Positions 60,469 through 64,000 of a stretch of DNA of 64,000 bases are shown piece after piece. How positions within the stretch are numbered: the first letter of the stretch is position 1; every line of letters starts with the position of its first letter. Position numbers and translations under genes: made by a program. Source of the DNA: Asterias rubens (Eukaryota); contig NC_047081.1 of assembly GCF_902459465.1 (NCBI RefSeq), positions 1,860,001 to 1,924,000 of the forward strand, in the 5' to 3' direction. Below the pieces are notes generated by a model, which was not told the DNA's origin, ran no database searches, and was given only the letters and a program-made list of their open reading frames with translations.

Positions 60469-61203
60469 TGAGCTGATCCCAACTATAGTTGAGCTGATAA
60501 CAACTATTCACATGAGTCTTGAGTAGTGTGATCCCTTTGCAACGTAAATTTGGCTAAACTGGGATGGGTGCAGCGTGGCGTCACAGCCGTAAGGTGCAAG
60601 TGAAGAAAGAAAATAGACAAAGTGCAGATAAAAGCACAATAAGTTGACAAAATCCAACAAAAACTTGGGTGCAGGTTAAAAAGCTTGACTAGGAGATTTA
60701 GAGGAGCCTGGAACCAACCAGTAGCCTCATCACTTACTTGTAGTGTTACTACAAACCAAATACATTGATACCTCCCCATATCCCATTTAAGTGAGCTACT
60801 CACAACTATGATTGAGCTGATCCCAACAATAGTTAGGCTGATCCAAACTATAGTAGAGCTGACCCAATCTAGTTGGGCCAATTCCAACTATAGTTTAGCT
60901 GATCCCAACAATAGTTGGGTTGATCCAAACTATAGTGGAGCTGATCCCAACTATAGTTGGGCCGATCCCAACTCTAGGCCCTAGTAGTGCTGATCCAATC
61001 TATAGTTGGGCCAATCCCAACTATAGTTTAGCTGATTCAAACAATAGTTGGGTGGATCCAAACTATAGTACAGATTATAGGAGAGCTGATCCAATCTATA
61101 GTTGGGTCGATCCCAACTATAGCTGAGCTGATCCCAACTATAGTTGGGCCGATCCCAACTCTAGTCGAGCTGATCCCAACTGTCTGTAGTCAAGCTGATC
61201 CAA
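60469..61203. repeat. 21-bp tandem repeat (GAGCTGATCCCAACTATAGTT), split by a non-repeat insert
   Basis: Two units at about 60469-60507, then about 19 degenerate units at 60792-61203. Confidence 0.9.
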
Positions 61204-63421
61204 ATAATAATTACTACAATAAGATGTCATTTACACATAAGAGGCACTCCTGTTATGGTTTGTGAATTATTTATTTGTATCATCATGCGCACTGTCTGAG
61301 GAAATACAACAAAATGTGTCGTACAGTGGGCCCCCTGCGTACTGTACAATATACACGCTTTTAAATGGCATAGCATTGAAGTCAGGGCAGGGATTTTTGT
61401 TTGTGCAGGTGCAAGTATCTTCTTGTACATTTTGTGAAGTACATGGTGAATGTCTCGCACTGTACTGAAGTCCACCTAGATGCACATCCTGAACAGTGTA
61501 TTTACAGTAGAAAGCGTAGGCTCTCAATCACAGTCCATGGGTGATGCCACTTTTCCGGTTAAAGGGAGACACGCTTTGGAAACCATAAATGTACGCGACA
61601 ATCGATGAAGACAACAAGGCCATGACTAGAAGTCCTGCAGCCGATTTCACGAAACTTTACGCAACTGCGTAAGTCCACTTGCGCCTTGTCCACTTGCGCC
61701 TTGTCCACTTGGAGCACTTGGACTTACGCAGTTGCGTAAAGTTTCGTTAAATCGGCCCCTTGACTACATGTCAGCCCTGGAGTTTCATCTTCAAAAAGGA
61801 CAAGGCTATTTTATTTTGGCAATTGGCACTTCCATTGTAAAATTTTAATGTCAATGGGAAACGTTTGAAGGGGCACCAAGGCCAAGACCAGGGGGGAACG
61901 GAGGCCATGGCCTACATGACCTGTGCCTAATTCCAGGCCTGATGTACAGTACATACATGATACAAAACTTGCATTGGGTCATTTACAGTTTCCAACATTT
62001 TCCCAGTCATCTTAAGAGTGAAATAGGGGCGTGGGGGGGGGGGGGGGAGACATAGAGCTCCAGTTTTAAACCAGGGCGAACTTCTGAAAATGTTACATAA
62101 TAGAGCAAGGTCTTTGACCCTTAACATGAAGTCAGTCATGAAACTAAATCTGGGCCCAATTACATACAAAAACTACAAAAGGTAGCCAAGTACATCAAAA
62201 TTATGCTTACCAGAATAAGGTTACCAGCCAAACTACCATGCCACATGTACAATTTGTGACTGGTATCCTGCTTATTTCTGCTCAGCAGACAATTTGTAAT
62301 ATTTGTTTACTTGAGCAACTCTATAAAATTGGGTCCTCCTGTTTTCATTGGGGTGCACTAACCTTTGACACCCACCAACAATTAAAAAATGTGTGAATTA
62401 AGAGCGTAATTGCTGGCACCAGTCTCTGCATGATCTCTGCGAGAGGTTATAAGCCTTCCCAAGCACACTTCCTGTTCCCATAGAGCAAGGTGGAAGGTCT
62501 CTACTCTCTGGCACACTTTACATACCCACGGTTGATTATGTGGACAATAAACACACCAGTCACCCACATGTGCTTGTTATACCAAAACCGTTGGTCGTAC
62601 AAAATAAACATTCACTACTGCTCATCTTGCAGCCAAGTGTATAACGCTAAAGGCCATTTTAAAGGGGGGGGGGGCTTGTAGATTGTGTTTTTTCAATGTC
62701 ATTAATTCATTCCAACAGCTTCCACCGGACGTTTGTGATCGTTTTCCAAATATTCCTGTCCAGTGTCCTCAGTCAAAGGTCAGACTGTCAATGTAATGCT
62801 GATTTATAGGCAAGTTAATAGATCCAGATACTTAGTAAAAGCATGGTAAAAGTCACCTGTGAAGCTTTCTTCAGCTACATTCAGTGTCCAGTTGCTGAGA
62901 AAACAGAGACAAACTGTTGAGGTGTTTTCTGAACAATGTGGAATCCATCCATGGTATTAAGGGAGGTGACAGCGGGTACCAATCACATCTCTGGCCGCAG
63001 CCGTTGTGAATAGACACCAACCCTCACAACACTGAAGAAGAACAAATGCAAAGAAACAAATTGTGCATGAATTTTTGAGTATTTCTCACTCTATGAATCT
63101 ATTCTACCTCCATGCACGCACCAAGCTTTTAAGCCACTGTGTAAAAGCTTGGTACATGTAGGATCAAATATGTCGAAATGTTTGTTTTGTTCAATGAATT
63201 TTAAGTTATTCGTAAATTAAACACGATAGATTTATGGGATTATTTCTCCTGCATGGAAATTTTCTCTTCAGTTTTTTTGTTTTGCGATTATCTAAAAAAT
63301 GTGACGTCAATTTTCAGATGTTAGTTTTATTTTGTACACGCAATGTAAGAACTACATACGTATTTATATAGGATTAAAACAATCAAACAGTTCAAAAACC
63401 AAAGGTATACTTTGCCTTTAA

Positions 63422-63775
63422 AGGGTCTATGTACTTTTTGTAGGACAAAAAACACAATGTCCACAGATTTACATTAAACTTACTCAGTTTGAAGATAATG
63501 ATAGTAGAAAGCTTCCCCGAAAATATTACTTGCTGAGGTGCTGTAGTTTTTGAGAAATGAGCCAAACAATGTCATGAAAATAATTTTTGTCTCATGAGAC
63601 GAACATTATTTTAAGCATTTACAAACGTATTTTCATGACATTGTTAAACTCGTTTCTCAAAAACTACAGCACCTCAGTAAGTAATGTTTGAAGGGAAGCT
63701 TTCCACTATCATTATCTTCAAACCCTTTAAGTTTGATGTAAATCTATGAACATTTTGAAAAGGTAACCAAATCCT
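63422..63775. mobile_element. TTAA MITE family E
   Basis: TTAA|AGGGTCTATGTACTTTTTG ... CCAAATCCT|TTAA; inverted homologue of 10392-10684; abuts another element ending AAAGGTATACTTTGCCT|TTAA. Confidence 0.75.
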
Positions 63776-64000
63776 TTAAGATTTACATGTTGTACCAGTT
63801 TAGGGGTGATAATTGCTGTATGCACAGATGCATGGCTGGGGTGTTGCAGTAACAATCATGTAGTATTCATGAATGAATGCTAGCAGTATGAGTCATGTAC
63901 TCCTGGCTAGCTATGTTTACCAGTCATGTTGACTTCCTGCTCTGTGCTGCACATGGCATTATAATAAACAATGCTCTCTGCACCAGCAATCTGTTGACCA

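Noticed and set aside
60792-61203. CRISPR-like array
   Set aside because: Units are contiguous with no unique spacers, no cas genes, eukaryotic DNA.
61227-61527. Three overlapping ORFs on both strands (also 60027-60236)
   Set aside because: None has clear splice signals or known motifs, and none could be joined in frame to the 58809 exon.

Overview
Eukaryotic, intron-rich, repeat-dense genomic DNA from an invertebrate deuterostome, most likely an echinoderm (probably a sea star; taxon is inferred, not proven). Five spliced protein-coding genes could be rebuilt by eye with GT-AG junctions and consistent reading frames: nodal (-, 2 exons, 488 aa), germ cell-less/GMCL1 (+, 16 exons, 489 aa), a CNBD2-like tandem cyclic-nucleotide-binding protein (-, 14 exons, 459 aa), WAPL (+, 15 coding exons, 1029 aa) and eIF4E-binding protein (+, 3 exons, 117 aa). 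There is also one intact tRNA-Thr(UGU) and a probable first coding exon of an unidentified gene at 58809. Introns and intergenic DNA are packed with TTAA-targeting Kolobok/T2-like MITEs, CWG-targeting Harbinger-like hairpin MITEs, tRNA-headed SINEs (including a DeuSINE), LINE 3' ends and several tandem repeats. I do not see a clear-cut wholly new system. The best leads are: nodal sitting head-to-head with germ cell-less only 2.7 kb apart; nodal-eif4ebp linkage matching vertebrates; a possible cGMP-type sensor in the CNBD protein; MITEs whose terminal repeats carry CTCF-like motifs on both sides of eif4ebp; and decayed Penelope-type hammerhead ribozyme motifs. Gene identities rest on remembered family motifs, not on database searches.
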